Shown in pieces: positions 34,088-44,769 of a DNA stretch of 64,000 bases (position 1 is the stretch's first letter; each line of letters begins with the position of its first letter). Made by a program: the position numbers and the translations under genes. The DNA is taken from the NCBI RefSeq assembly GCF_000027125.1, contig NC_017626.1. The stretch is one strand, 5' to 3'. This stretch comes from Escherichia coli 042 (GTDB lineage Bacteria > Pseudomonadota > Gammaproteobacteria > Enterobacterales > Enterobacteriaceae). Below the pieces are notes generated by a model. The model saw only the letters and a list, made by a program, of their open reading frames with translations. It was not told where the DNA came from and did no database searches.

Positions 34088-35509
34088 TTACAAAAGAGTA
34101 ACTTTATGCAAAACTTCTAACACTAATTTTTCAGCTTTTATTATGTTATCTGCTTCTGCATAGCATCGCAATTCAGGTGCGTTGCCTGACGGTCGCAAAT
34201 GGATTATTGAACCATCACTTAGTGTCAATCTTAACCCGTCAATTGTATCCACCGATTGTACATGAAGATCGACAAAGCCTATTCTTTCGATAAATTCTTG
34301 AGGATTTTCTTGAGCTGACGCGATAATGCTTTTGCTTTTGCTTGTTGCAAAATTTTGAACTCTATTTGAGTAGGTAAATCGTGGTGGCAACTCCGCCAAG
34401 AGTTTTGAAATAGTCACATTATTTTTTATAGCCAGTGCCAGTACCATTAAAGCAGGCAAAACAGCATCTCTTGTTGGAAGCGCTTTAATCATACCGCTGT
34501 TATAATTTACATCGCTACCTAAAAGATACCCACCGTTAGCCTCAAACCCTGCAACCCTATCAAAACTATTATTCAGAGAATCAAACGCTGAAATGACGTA
34601 TGGTGAACCAATTTTAGTCAGCGTTACATGATTAAACCACCCGCAAGTCTGAATAACCGTATTACAACTTACAGGTACAGCTACCGCTTCAATATTCATT
34701 GCCTTTGAGCAAAATAGTCCTAATATATCACCCCGTAACCAAACGCCATTTTCGTCAGCAACCAAAGGACGATCGCCATCACCATCGGTAGAAAAAATCA
34801 TATCGAGGTCATACTCAGATGACCAGTGTAAAGCTTTTTCTTCATCTTCTTTTGATACTGCTTCAGTATCAATAGGCACAAACTCATCACTTCTACCAAT
34901 ACTTACAACTTCAGCACCAAGCTTACTGAATATTTCTGAATAAAGATCCCGTCCCGCACTTGAATGTTCATAAATCCCGATACGTTTACCTTTAAATATA
35001 TTTGAAAAAATTGAAGTGTTTCTCTCGATATAAGTATCAGCGGCACGCTTTGAACATTGTAATTCTGGCAATACAGTTACATCAGGATACTCTTTTTCAG
35101 CATGTATAATGCTGTTCTCATTTTCTTTTGAAATTTCCCCGTCTGGACGATAGAATTTCAAACCATTTCTATCAAATGGAATATGACTTCCAGTAACCAT
35201 TATTGCAGGAATCCCATCGGCAATCGCTTGATTTGCCAAAGCTGGAGTTGGAATTACACCGTAGTAAATAGGTTTAATACTACATTCCAACAATGCTGCT
35301 GCGCAAGCTTGTGCCATAGCATAGCTGCTTGGGCGATTATCTATTGCGAGCGCAACCTCTTTAAAAGAAAAATCCTTCATCATTACATCGATAAAAGCAT
35401 AAGTGAATGCAGCACACACGTTGGGTGTAAAATCTTTCACTAATCCACGAGCACCACTTGTACCAAATGCAATTCCGCTATTTTTAATTACATCATTGGT
35501 AATATTCAT
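34088..35509 (-). CDS. manB: Phosphohexomutase, ManB-like (start at M13 of the ORF preferred, 5 nt after the manC stop; the ORF could extend to 35545)
   Basis: Phosphoserine-loop motif [11 protein letters not shown] (variant of TASHNP); tightly coupled to manC; GAGGA upstream of ATG 35509. Confidence 0.65.
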   Translation of the reverse strand: MNITNDVIKNSGIAFGTSGARGLVKDFTPNVCAAFTYAFIDVMMKDFSFKEVALAIDNRPSSYAMAQACAAALLECSIKPIYYGVIPTPALANQAIADGIPAIMVTGSHIPFDRNGLKFYRPDGEISKENENSIIHAEKEYPDVTVLPELQCSKRAADTYIERNTSIFSNIFKGKRIGIYEHSSAGRDLYSEIFSKLGAEVVSIGRSDEFVPIDTEAVSKEDEEKALHWSSEYDLDMIFSTDGDGDRPLVADENGVWLRGDILGLFCSKAMNIEAVAVPVSCNTVIQTCGWFNHVTLTKIGSPYVISAFDSLNNSFDRVAGFEANGGYLLGSDVNYNSGMIKALPTRDAVLPALMVLALAIKNNVTISKLLAELPPRFTYSNRVQNFATSKSKSIIASAQENPQEFIERIGFVDLHVQSVDTIDGLRLTLSDGSIIHLRPSGNAPELRCYAEADNIIKAEKLVLEVLHKVTLL

Positions 35510-35513
35510 ATAA

Positions 35514-36929
35514 TTATTTATCCTCAACACGACCATATTTATCACTTAGGCGCACAATATCATCATCACCTAGATATACACCCGACTGAATCTCAATTAC
35601 TTCTAATGGTATCTTTCCTGGATTTTCCAAGGTATGAACTGTGCCAATTGGTATGAAAGTTGACTCATTTTCAGTGACGAAAAAAGTGCGTTCGCCGCAA
35701 GTCACCTTTGCAGTACCAGCGACAACCACCCAATGCTCAGCTCGATGATGATGCATTTGTGTTGAGAGACATTCACCAGGCTTAACGGTAATACGCTTTA
35801 CCTGATAACGGTCGCCACGTTCTACAGAATCATAACGTCCCCAAGGACGATAGACTTCGCGATGGGATATATGTTCGCTACGTTTTTGCTTTTTAAGAAT
35901 TTCGACAATCTTCTTTATGTCTTGTACGTTGTCTTGCTGTGCTACCAGGAGCGCATCTTTAGTTTGAACTATAATAAGGTTATTAACTCCTACAGTGCTG
36001 ATCAGTGAACCTTCAGAGTAAATGTAGTTGTTCCTGCTGTCATAGTTAATTACATCGCCATGCGATACGTTTTCATGTTCATCTTTCTCTGATATTTCCC
36101 AAAGTGATGTCCATGAACCGATGTCACTCCAGTCAGCATCAAGTGGAATAACTACACAATCCTGAGTTTTTTCCATTACCGCATAATCAATTGACTCATC
36201 GGGACATTCTGCAAAGACATCAGAATTTAATCTGATAAAATCTAGATCAGTACTAGCACTGGAAAGCGACTCTTTACACGCTGCTAAAATATCAGGGCGA
36301 AATTTTTTCAATTCATCTAAATATACGCTCGCCTTGAACATGAACATACCACTATTCCACAAATAGCATTTTTGTTCGAGATAATTTTTAGCCGTTTCTA
36401 AATCAGGTTTTTCGACGAAAGAATTTACTTTAAATACAGAGTTTTTAACTTGTTCGCCCTTTTTAATATAGCCATACCCAGTTTCAGGTTTGGTCGGGAC
36501 GATGCCAAAAGTCACTAACTTATTGTCAACGGACTCTTGTTCTGCAGCTAAAACAGCTGCATGGAAGGCTTCAATATCCTGAATAGCATGGTCAGCAGCA
36601 AGAACCAGCATATGATGATCGCCATGGAGTTCTAGAGACTTTAGAGCAGCCAGCGCAACGGCGGGCGCAGTATTTCTACCTACAGGTTCTAGAATAATCT
36701 GGAAGTCATCCACACCGAACTGTCGCAATTGTTCAGCAACAATAAATCTATGCTCATTATTGCTAACAATGACAGGAGGCAAACAATTTAATCCATCAAG
36801 TCTCTTCAACGTTTCCTGGAGCAAACTATTTTCATTAATCAATGATAAAAATTGTTTCGGGTATAACGAACGCGAAAGAGGCCATAAGCGAGTACCAGAA
36901 CCACCGGCCATAATAATTGGGATAATCAT
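35514..36929 (-). CDS. manC: Mannose-1-phosphate guanylyltransferase / mannose-6-phosphate isomerase, 471 aa
   Basis: N-terminus [28 protein letters not shown]; C-terminal cupin region; roughly 60 percent identical by eye to the cpsB product in the same window. Confidence 0.85.
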   Translation of the reverse strand: MIIPIIMAGGSGTRLWPLSRSLYPKQFLSLINENSLLQETLKRLDGLNCLPPVIVSNNEHRFIVAEQLRQFGVDDFQIILEPVGRNTAPAVALAALKSLELHGDHHMLVLAADHAIQDIEAFHAAVLAAEQESVDNKLVTFGIVPTKPETGYGYIKKGEQVKNSVFKVNSFVEKPDLETAKNYLEQKCYLWNSGMFMFKASVYLDELKKFRPDILAACKESLSSASTDLDFIRLNSDVFAECPDESIDYAVMEKTQDCVVIPLDADWSDIGSWTSLWEISEKDEHENVSHGDVINYDSRNNYIYSEGSLISTVGVNNLIIVQTKDALLVAQQDNVQDIKKIVEILKKQKRSEHISHREVYRPWGRYDSVERGDRYQVKRITVKPGECLSTQMHHHRAEHWVVVAGTAKVTCGERTFFVTENESTFIPIGTVHTLENPGKIPLEVIEIQSGVYLGDDDIVRLSDKYGRVEDK

Positions 36930-36930
36930 T

Positions 36931-38133
36931 TTATTTAACAGACTCCTTAATTTTCTGGATATATGGGCTCAATTTAGCTTCCCATGAAAAATTCTCACCG
37001 ATAAACTTTTTCGCAACTAATGCTGTTTCGGTATATTTATCCAGATTTGTTATAAAATAATTTAATACACGTAAATATTCTTCTTTTGTATTGGCAACAT
37101 AAATCTCCTTACCCTCCTCTGCTCCCAAGCCTTCAAAGCCTACAGTAGAAGAGATACAAGGTAATCCCAACGCCATATATTCAAGTACCTTATTTTGGAT
37201 ACCTGCCCCTAATCTAATAGGACATACACCAATATGCCCATCAGCTGCTGCATAAGTTATGCTATCAACTTCACCTGTGACAACAACGCCAGGCTGGCTT
37301 TCTAACCAACTCTTATCTTTATCTGTAATACGTCCGATGACCTTAAATTCAAAATTACCATGCTTGTTAAGAAATGGTAAAACTTCCTTGGTGAACCATC
37401 TCACACCATCCATATTTTGCAAAGAATATAAATTACCTATAAATACAAGGGTTATCTTTTTATCTTTAGCTATTTTTCGTTCTGAAAAAGGTAAGCTAAC
37501 GGCATCAACACCATTTCCACAGACTAATACATTATTCGGACGGTCTGGATATAAATAATCGGAGTCAACCTGTGATACCAAAGTAGTCAAGCTGAACTTG
37601 TTATTTATAGTTCGCTCATATCGTTCGAGTCTTTTTTGTTCAAAAGAATATACAAATGTTTTTAAACTCAATAAAGATGCTTTTTCCTTTACTCGTTTAT
37701 AATTAAGTGAAATGGCATCGGTCATCTCTAAAAAATTTATATCTTTATTCTCTTTCACATAATCACCAACCCTTATCAAATGTGAAAGAGTTGCAGAATG
37801 TTCAGGTAATAACTGCTTAAGTTTATCTTCAAATTCTTTAGATTTATAATACCCAATCTGTAGGGGAGTATTTGAAAACAAAGAGAATATGACATTTAAA
37901 ATAGATTTTTTCTTTGAAAGATATACTCTGTGAACACTACTAAAAACTTCACGATCATATTCATAGTTGAGCTCTTCGCGTTTATCACACAGACTCAGCA
38001 ACGTAAGATCATAATGCTTAGACAGTTCTTTACAGATCTTATAGATACGTAATCGATCCCCACCAATGACAGGAAACGGGAACCGTGGAGTCAAAACTAA
38101 TATCTGTTTCTTATTTATATCAATATTACTCAT
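36931..38133 (-). CDS. Glycosyltransferase, GT4 (family 1) type, 400 aa
   Basis: C-terminal motif [26 protein letters not shown] (E-x7-E-like); AT-rich. Confidence 0.75.
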   Translation of the reverse strand: MSNIDINKKQILVLTPRFPFPVIGGDRLRIYKICKELSKHYDLTLLSLCDKREELNYEYDREVFSSVHRVYLSKKKSILNVIFSLFSNTPLQIGYYKSKEFEDKLKQLLPEHSATLSHLIRVGDYVKENKDINFLEMTDAISLNYKRVKEKASLLSLKTFVYSFEQKRLERYERTINNKFSLTTLVSQVDSDYLYPDRPNNVLVCGNGVDAVSLPFSERKIAKDKKITLVFIGNLYSLQNMDGVRWFTKEVLPFLNKHGNFEFKVIGRITDKDKSWLESQPGVVVTGEVDSITYAAADGHIGVCPIRLGAGIQNKVLEYMALGLPCISSTVGFEGLGAEEGKEIYVANTKEEYLRVLNYFITNLDKYTETALVAKKFIGENFSWEAKLSPYIQKIKESVK

Positions 38134-39163
38134 AAATCTTTCTCAATTCATTTTCAAATAAAATATGTTCATGCAGAGCTTTCCTTTCGACACTGGGTGA
38201 ATTATCTACCAAGTATGAATAGACTTCATAATACTCAGAATAGTAAGTATAAAAGAAAATATTCGAATCCTTTTGTTCGCGGAAAGCAGAGATCCGTGTG
38301 CATATAACATTTTTGCATGTGAGTTTTGCTTCAGCTAAAGTCCTTCCATACCCCTCGGCAAGCGAATGAGCCCAAACAATTTTAGAATTACAATATAGTT
38401 TGACGACTTCCTCTAAAGAAACAAAACCAATAATTTCAATTTCTTTATCTGTATCCCGCCCATCAATTAAGTCGTTAACCTTGCTAATACCATTCCCACA
38501 ACCTAATATTTTTAATGGTATTCTTTCTTCCCTTGGGATTGAAAAATAATAGTCCAGAGCTGTGCCTAGATCCTTATTATCCCCTAAACCTGAAACTAGA
38601 AGTAAATATCCAAGATCTTTTATTTCGGTAACATTAGCAATTTTCTCAAATGAGAAAAATGGATTTGGGAGCAGGATAGATTCTATACACTTAAATAGCG
38701 ATATTCTCTTAGATACTCGCTGAGTGCTTTGAGAAATAAATATTACTTTCTTTGCTAAAAAAGATGAAAAATAAATACAGACTTTCACATAAATGGCAGC
38801 AAGATTTCGTTTATTTTTCTTAAGACTAATGAAGTCATGAATTATAACAATTGCCTTACCTAATAACAAGTCAATGATGGAACTACTATTATAGGGATAT
38901 ATATTATACTTAGTTCTATAAAATATACCCATAATTGGTATTAAAAGCTGCTCTACTATTATAAAAAGAACATTCAGAAACCATGAAGGCAGCTTATGGA
39001 ATGCTTTTGGACATGCAACATAAATAACCTGAACATTATTGTCTCTTAACTTTTGCACAAGTTCAGAAGTATAGATCGGTATTCCTCTTTTCAAAATACC
39101 ATCAAAAAAATTATTTACAATTACTTTCATGTTTGCTCTTAAGTTTATTTCAGATATTATCAA
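38126..39163 (-). CDS. Glycosyltransferase, GT4-like, 345 aa; first gene of the O-antigen operon
   Basis: C-terminal SLAEGYGRTLAEAKLTCKNVI motif; overlaps the downstream glycosyltransferase by 8 nt. Confidence 0.65.
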   Translation of the reverse strand: MIISEINLRANMKVIVNNFFDGILKRGIPIYTSELVQKLRDNNVQVIYVACPKAFHKLPSWFLNVLFIIVEQLLIPIMGIFYRTKYNIYPYNSSSIIDLLLGKAIVIIHDFISLKKNKRNLAAIYVKVCIYFSSFLAKKVIFISQSTQRVSKRISLFKCIESILLPNPFFSFEKIANVTEIKDLGYLLLVSGLGDNKDLGTALDYYFSIPREERIPLKILGCGNGISKVNDLIDGRDTDKEIEIIGFVSLEEVVKLYCNSKIVWAHSLAEGYGRTLAEAKLTCKNVICTRISAFREQKDSNIFFYTYYSEYYEVYSYLVDNSPSVERKALHEHILFENELRKIYE

Positions 39164-39229
39164 TAGTATAAAAATAGTCAGGATTATTATTTCTTATTTT
39201 GAGAACGCATCATATAAACACAATCTTAC

Positions 39230-39268
39230 CACGCTACCGCCCCTGGCTTAACAGCTACCAGTGCACTA
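39230..39268 (-). promoter_or_regulatory. JUMPstart element with ops (GGCGGTAGCGTG on the transcribed strand) in the O-antigen operon leader
   Basis: Plus strand cacgctaccgcccctggcttaacagctaccagtgcacta; ops reverse complement at 39230-39241; near-identical copy upstream of wza. Confidence 0.7.
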
Positions 39269-39523
39269 GCAAAATGCCAAAGATGTACCCCGCCCCGCTA
39301 GCTATCGCAAAGCTATCTTAAATTCAAACGCCAATTGTCTTACCAAATGCTGTCAGAAACAAGGATAAATCCAACAAAAAATAGATTAAACTTAGTAGGT
39401 TAACTCGTTGTTATTCTTTGTTTTAAAAAGAAAAACGACAGTAACATTCCTTTGTTTAAAGCATAGACGCCGGGATGTTAGCTGCCGCTATTTATCTAAA
39501 TTATTGTTACATTGGCTTGGGAT

Positions 39524-40417
39524 CTATTCCCCGAGCAACTTCTCAATGCTCTTACGGAACTTTGGCCCTTCCTTCAGGTTGCGCAGTCCATACTTCACAA
39601 ACGCCTGCATATAGCCCATTTTTTTACCGCAGTCGTAGCTGTCGCCGGTCATCAGCATGGCATCAACGGACTGTTTTTTCGCCAGTTCGGCAATAGCATC
39701 AGTCAGCTGAATACGCCCCCATGCACCAGGTTGCGTGCGTTCAAGTTCCGGCCAAATATCGGCAGAAAGCACATAGCGACCAACGGCCATGATGTCTGAG
39801 TCCAGCGTCTGCGGCTGATCCGGTTTTTCGATAAATTCGACGATGCGGCTGACTTTACCTTCACGATCCAGTGGTTCTTTGGTCTGAATGACGGAGTATT
39901 CAGAGAGGTCACCCGGCATACGTTTTGCCAGCACCTGGCTGCGGCCCGTTTCGTTGAAGCGCGCAATCATGGCAGCAAGGTTATAGCGTAGCGGATCGGC
40001 GCTGGCGTCATCGATAACAACGTCTGGCAGTACCACGACAAATGGGTTGTCACCAATGGCAGGTCGTGCACATAAAATGGAGTGGCCCAAACCTAAAGGT
40101 TCGCCCTGACGCACGTTCATAATGGTCACGCCCGGCGGACAGATGGACTGCACTTCCGCCAGTAGTTGACGCTTCACGCGCTGTTCAAGGAGAGATTCTA
40201 ATTCATAAGAGGTGTCGAAGTGGTTTTCGACCGCGTTCTTGGACGCGTGAGTTACCAGGAGGATTTCTTTGATCCCTGCAGCCACAATCTCGTCAACAAT
40301 GTACTGAATCATTGGCTTGTCGACGATCGGTAGCATCTCTTTGGGAATCGCCTTAGTGGCAGGCAACATATGCATCCCAAGACCCGCTACAGGAATAACT
40401 GCTTTTAAATTCGTCAT
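39524..40417 (-). CDS. galF: UTP-glucose-1-phosphate uridylyltransferase paralogue GalF, 297 aa
   Basis: Start set at [14 protein letters not shown]; position between the O-antigen and colanic acid clusters. Confidence 0.9.
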   Translation of the reverse strand: MTNLKAVIPVAGLGMHMLPATKAIPKEMLPIVDKPMIQYIVDEIVAAGIKEILLVTHASKNAVENHFDTSYELESLLEQRVKRQLLAEVQSICPPGVTIMNVRQGEPLGLGHSILCARPAIGDNPFVVVLPDVVIDDASADPLRYNLAAMIARFNETGRSQVLAKRMPGDLSEYSVIQTKEPLDREGKVSRIVEFIEKPDQPQTLDSDIMAVGRYVLSADIWPELERTQPGAWGRIQLTDAIAELAKKQSVDAMLMTGDSYDCGKKMGYMQAFVKYGLRNLKEGPKFRKSIEKLLGE

Positions 40418-40591
40418 TATTTCATCCACCTGTAAAATGGTTGCTGAATTATAGCTTGTTCGATTTTTTTCGCCAGCATCAATTACCCTGAATTGATTAC
40501 TGAATTACTTGTGATGTTACGCCGCTTCGTTGTGGATTGCAGTAGCATTGTTCCTAAGTATGGCTCCATTTTTCCAGGAATGGTCGCAAAT

Positions 40592-41986
40592 CTACTCTCT
40601 CCGTTCTGGCAATCTAAAGTTAATCTTTTCCACATTAACAATATGGTGATTAACCCTGTCGATATCGACGGAGCTTTGCCCTCTTTCATTCACCGCATGA
40701 ACATTTGCAAGAGACAGCAGTGTTTCTTTTTTCGCCATAAAGACGCCGCGAACGTCTTTGCGCATGTCGAAGTTCATGCTCAATGCGGGTCCAACAGAGG
40801 ATTCCTGCATCACTTTGATATTTCGTATAAAAAGATGTTGCGGTTTGTTGTGTAACTCCAACGAGGCACGCTTCATCTCAATGTTAGTCAGTGCAACAAA
40901 GGAGACAGCATTCCCGGCAGAGATTTGGATACCGCGCAATTTGTAAGCAAGGTGGGTGTTATCCAGCTGAATATTATTCACTCGGAAATTTTGCGGTATC
41001 GAGAGATATTTGCCTTTAATTACCCCATAACCGATTAACATCCCGGCGCTATTAATCATTTCAATATTATCAATCACGAAATTGTCACAACCGTAAATAG
41101 CGACCGTGGCGTTATCAATACCTGCTTTCTTACTGAAATCCGGCGTGATATTGCGGGCTTTGATATTACGAATAACAAAATGTTTACCATTTTCAACATG
41201 GATCAGTTGTCGACAATCCGATCCCGTGATATTCGCCACGACAAAGTTTTTCACTGCCTGGTCTTCCGGGTAGTTATTATCATAAGTACTCCCCGCAAGG
41301 CCTATGCCGATTCCCCAGTTGATTTTGCCGTTGGTACAGTTGATGCGCTCGATGATGTGGTCGGAGATCAAAATATCACTGTCGTTAATCGCCACGTTCC
41401 ATTCAATGGCGTCCCCCTGTAAGTCGCTGAACTTACAATTGGTGATGTTGGCACCGATAATCTGGTTATGAAATCCCTGACGTAAGATGGCGTAATTAGC
41501 GTGGCTGACAGTGAGGTTATCGATGGTCAGGTTGCGCATGACCCGTTTGTTTTTGCCGCCGATATAAATCTGCGTTACTGGGCCAAAGCCGCTCATCGCC
41601 AGCCCTTTGATGGTGCAGTCAGAGCCGCGCACATCCAGGGTGATGTTATGCATACTGCCGCCCTCCTCCCCTGTCACCTGGCTGCCGTCTTGTAAGACAA
41701 AACGCCCTCTGCCGTTGCCGCGCAGGCTTCCAAGGATGTGTAACGTTTTGCCAGGAGGAATGAAGATGCCGGTGTTGATATTTTCACAAACCAATCCGGC
41801 AGGCACGACGACCGTTTGCCCTTCGCTGAAGGCTTGTTTAAATGAAGCAATCCAGTCGTGTGGGTTGTAGTCGTTAATGTTAACGCTTTGCCGGGCAGGA
41901 AGTGCTCGGGCGAAAGGCGTATGAAGGAAGGCAAGCGCCGAGCTTACCGTCAGGAAAGTGCGTCGGGAGAGTTTTTTAAATGGCAT
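40592..41986 (-). CDS. wcaM: Colanic acid biosynthesis protein WcaM, 464 aa
   Basis: Length identical to K-12; Tat-like signal (SRRTFL); last gene of the cluster. Confidence 0.9.
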   Translation of the reverse strand: MPFKKLSRRTFLTVSSALAFLHTPFARALPARQSVNINDYNPHDWIASFKQAFSEGQTVVVPAGLVCENINTGIFIPPGKTLHILGSLRGNGRGRFVLQDGSQVTGEEGGSMHNITLDVRGSDCTIKGLAMSGFGPVTQIYIGGKNKRVMRNLTIDNLTVSHANYAILRQGFHNQIIGANITNCKFSDLQGDAIEWNVAINDSDILISDHIIERINCTNGKINWGIGIGLAGSTYDNNYPEDQAVKNFVVANITGSDCRQLIHVENGKHFVIRNIKARNITPDFSKKAGIDNATVAIYGCDNFVIDNIEMINSAGMLIGYGVIKGKYLSIPQNFRVNNIQLDNTHLAYKLRGIQISAGNAVSFVALTNIEMKRASLELHNKPQHLFIRNIKVMQESSVGPALSMNFDMRKDVRGVFMAKKETLLSLANVHAVNERGQSSVDIDRVNHHIVNVEKINFRLPERRE

Positions 41987-41996
41987 ACGTTCTCCT

Positions 41997-43217
41997 CTAT
42001 AAAGCTTGCAGCAAGCTGGCGAGTTCTCGATTAATCACCTGCTGGTTAAAATCATGTTCGACTTTTTCGCGCGCACGTTTGATAACCGGAGCCAGTTCGT
42101 CGGTGTCCAGTTGGCTAAACGCCGCCAGTCGTTGCGCCAGTGCACGGGCATCGTTCTCAGGCACCAGCCAGCCGGATTTGTCAGCCTCCACCAGTTCCGG
42201 TATTCCGCTATGCAGAGTAGAAACCACCGGAATGCCGACCGCCATCGCTTCCATTAGCGCCACCGGAATGCCTTCCATATCACCATCCGCACCTGTAACC
42301 GATGGCAACAGGAAGACATCCGCGTCGTCGAGCATCGCTTTCACTTCGTGGCTCGGTTTAAAGCCCGGCATCTCCACCACATCTTCCAGTTGATATTGTT
42401 CGATGAGGGTGCGCAGGCGTCGTTCCCACGGGCCAATGCCGAGGATGCGATAGCGAAATGCCACGCCCTGCTCTTTCAACTGACGGCAGGATTCGATCGC
42501 CACATGCAGGCCTTTTTTCTCGGTTAAGCGTGCGACGGAGATGATTTCCAGCGGTATTGCGGGCGCTTTCACCGGACGCGGGCTAAAACGCGTCATGTCC
42601 ACGCCCATGCGCGATACGGCAATTTTTTCCCTCGGGCAGCCCATTTTTTGCAGCCTTCCGGCCCAGAGATCGCTGATCGGTAGCATCAAATCGCCACGGC
42701 GAAACAGTTGCTGATATTCGGGGGTGTAGTGGTTGAGCACTTCCCGACTGGAGATATCAATGCCGTGGAAGATAGTAGCGATTTTGCCGCGAATGACACC
42801 CAGTTCCCGTAGTTTTGCTGCGGTTACCCCCGCCGGGCCAAAATGAGCGATGAACACATCGGCATAAAATGGTGTTGCGACCTGGCCGCAAATGGCAGAC
42901 AAAATCAGGTTCCGCGACTCGGCACCATAGCGTTTGAGGTTGAGCGCCTGCCAGGTATTTTTGCGATGAATGCCGCGTAAGGTCTGGCTGGCGCGGTGGC
43001 GCAGCTTCGCCACTTTGCCCGTAGGTTCGTCCTGTAACCAGCGGGTTCTGGCGGCAAGGTTGTATTTCGTCCATGCCGCGTGGGTGTTTTGTGTGTCGCC
43101 TTTTTGCAGCGCGACAATCTCCACCTCAAATCCCATATCAATAAACGCAGTGATTTGGTTGAGAACGAAGGTTTCCGACGACAGCGGAAATTTCAGTAAA
43201 AAGAAGCCGACCTTCAT
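41997..43217 (-). CDS. wcaL: Colanic acid glycosyltransferase WcaL, 406 aa
   Basis: Length and order as in K-12. Confidence 0.9.
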   Translation of the reverse strand: MKVGFFLLKFPLSSETFVLNQITAFIDMGFEVEIVALQKGDTQNTHAAWTKYNLAARTRWLQDEPTGKVAKLRHRASQTLRGIHRKNTWQALNLKRYGAESRNLILSAICGQVATPFYADVFIAHFGPAGVTAAKLRELGVIRGKIATIFHGIDISSREVLNHYTPEYQQLFRRGDLMLPISDLWAGRLQKMGCPREKIAVSRMGVDMTRFSPRPVKAPAIPLEIISVARLTEKKGLHVAIESCRQLKEQGVAFRYRILGIGPWERRLRTLIEQYQLEDVVEMPGFKPSHEVKAMLDDADVFLLPSVTGADGDMEGIPVALMEAMAVGIPVVSTLHSGIPELVEADKSGWLVPENDARALAQRLAAFSQLDTDELAPVIKRAREKVEHDFNQQVINRELASLLQAL

Positions 43218-44494
43218 TTCACCTCCCCGATGCGTTCAAGCACAGATTGCACCATCTGCATTCCCGTCTGACGTTCGCGACTGACGGCTTCGTTAAGTCG
43301 CGCGTTCAGCGCCGGAAGTTGGCCTAAGGTATCCGCAACCATCGCTTGCAGGCTGCCGTCCAGTAAATGACGGATATCAATTGCCATCTCTGGCAGCCCC
43401 AGCTGCTGCATAATCCCGGCGGATTTATGTTCATAGTTGATGGCAATCGCCGGAGTGGCAAAGTTCATCGAGATAATGGCTGAGTGCAGGCGCGTACCGA
43501 CGGTGAGTTCACTGGCACCGAGAATTTTGCCCATTTCCAGATCATTGAGTTCATCCATCACTACGTGGTAACGGGCAGGATCGCAGATGTGCTGGCGCAG
43601 ATTGAGCGCCACCATGCGGTCGTCTTTGTTATAGCTGTCGATGCCCGTACAGGTGGAGAGCGCAATGACCTGATAGCCTTCGTCGAGAATGCGATTGACC
43701 ACCCCGGCAAAGGCTTTTTCATACGCTTGTTGGGTGGTGCCGAGACGTTTGTCGAACGGTGCCAGTTCGCGCAGGGTAATTGCCACCGTTTTCTGTTGTG
43801 CGGCAACGTCCAGCCAGTGTTGAACGGCATAGCTGGCGGTGAAGTCTTCTGTGTGGTGATCGACCAGCCACGCGGTATCGACGCCATGTTCAACTTTTGC
43901 AGTGGAGATATTGCTGCGTTTCATCAAATCAAGGCTGACCGATTCGCGCAGGATCAGCGCATCGCAGTGACCAAAAACGTAGTTCGCCAGTTGGTTAAAT
44001 TGCTCATCCTGGAAGGGGCCGACGCTGTGACCAATCATAAACAGCGGCTTTTTCGCCATAAATGTGCAAAGCGCATGTTCAAACTGTGGCACGCCGTAGA
44101 GATCGACAAAAAACGATCCGCCGACCTGAATAATGGCGTCGTAACCTGACAGCAGGCGCACGAAGTCAGTGAATCCCTGGGCGATGGCGATATTACGCAA
44201 CTTGCCAGTGTCGGTGACGCGTGAGAGCAATACCTGATGCTGGTAGCGGCGACGGAGGACTTTTTTAACGCGCCCGACAACGCCCGCCACGCTGTTGTGT
44301 TGTTTCATTTGCAGGAACAGTGGATCGCCCATTACCGGGCGGTTGAGCAGCCAGGAAGAACTGACCGGATAGCGGCTCATCACGTCCACTTCGGCATGTG
44401 GATTGAGGATGTTGATGGCATCAAGTAAGCCGCGCAGGATGGCGCTGTCGCCACGATTGCCGCAAGTGTGGTTGCCCAGAATAAGTAATTTCAT
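43214..44494 (-). CDS. wcaK: Colanic acid pyruvyl transferase WcaK, 426 aa
   Basis: Length and order as in K-12. Confidence 0.9.
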   Translation of the reverse strand: MKLLILGNHTCGNRGDSAILRGLLDAINILNPHAEVDVMSRYPVSSSWLLNRPVMGDPLFLQMKQHNSVAGVVGRVKKVLRRRYQHQVLLSRVTDTGKLRNIAIAQGFTDFVRLLSGYDAIIQVGGSFFVDLYGVPQFEHALCTFMAKKPLFMIGHSVGPFQDEQFNQLANYVFGHCDALILRESVSLDLMKRSNISTAKVEHGVDTAWLVDHHTEDFTASYAVQHWLDVAAQQKTVAITLRELAPFDKRLGTTQQAYEKAFAGVVNRILDEGYQVIALSTCTGIDSYNKDDRMVALNLRQHICDPARYHVVMDELNDLEMGKILGASELTVGTRLHSAIISMNFATPAIAINYEHKSAGIMQQLGLPEMAIDIRHLLDGSLQAMVADTLGQLPALNARLNEAVSRERQTGMQMVQSVLERIGEVK

Positions 44495-44555
44495 TTTTTC
44501 CTCATAAATTTGATGCCAGGTGAAGCTGCGTTTGTTTTGTTCGTTGCCGCTTTTT

Positions 44556-44742
44556 GCCTGATGCGACGCTGGCGCGTCTTATCAGGCCTACAAGACCCGA
44601 GCACAGAACCGTAGGCCGGATAAGGCGTTCACGCCGCATCCGGCATTCAGTGCCTGATGCGACGCTGACGCGTCTTATCAGGCCTACAGGTCCCGAGCAC
44701 AGAACCGTAGGACGGATAAGGCGTTTTACGCCGCATCCGGCA
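44556..44742. repeat. Tandem pair of BIME units (each a REP pair) between wcaK and wzxC
   Basis: gcctgatgcgacgctg[g/a]cgcgtcttatcaggcctaca...gtagg[c/a]cggataaggcgtt...cgccgcatccggca present twice, about 96 bp apart. Confidence 0.7.
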
Positions 44743-44769
44743 ACCATTGCCGGAACCGAAAACAACAAC

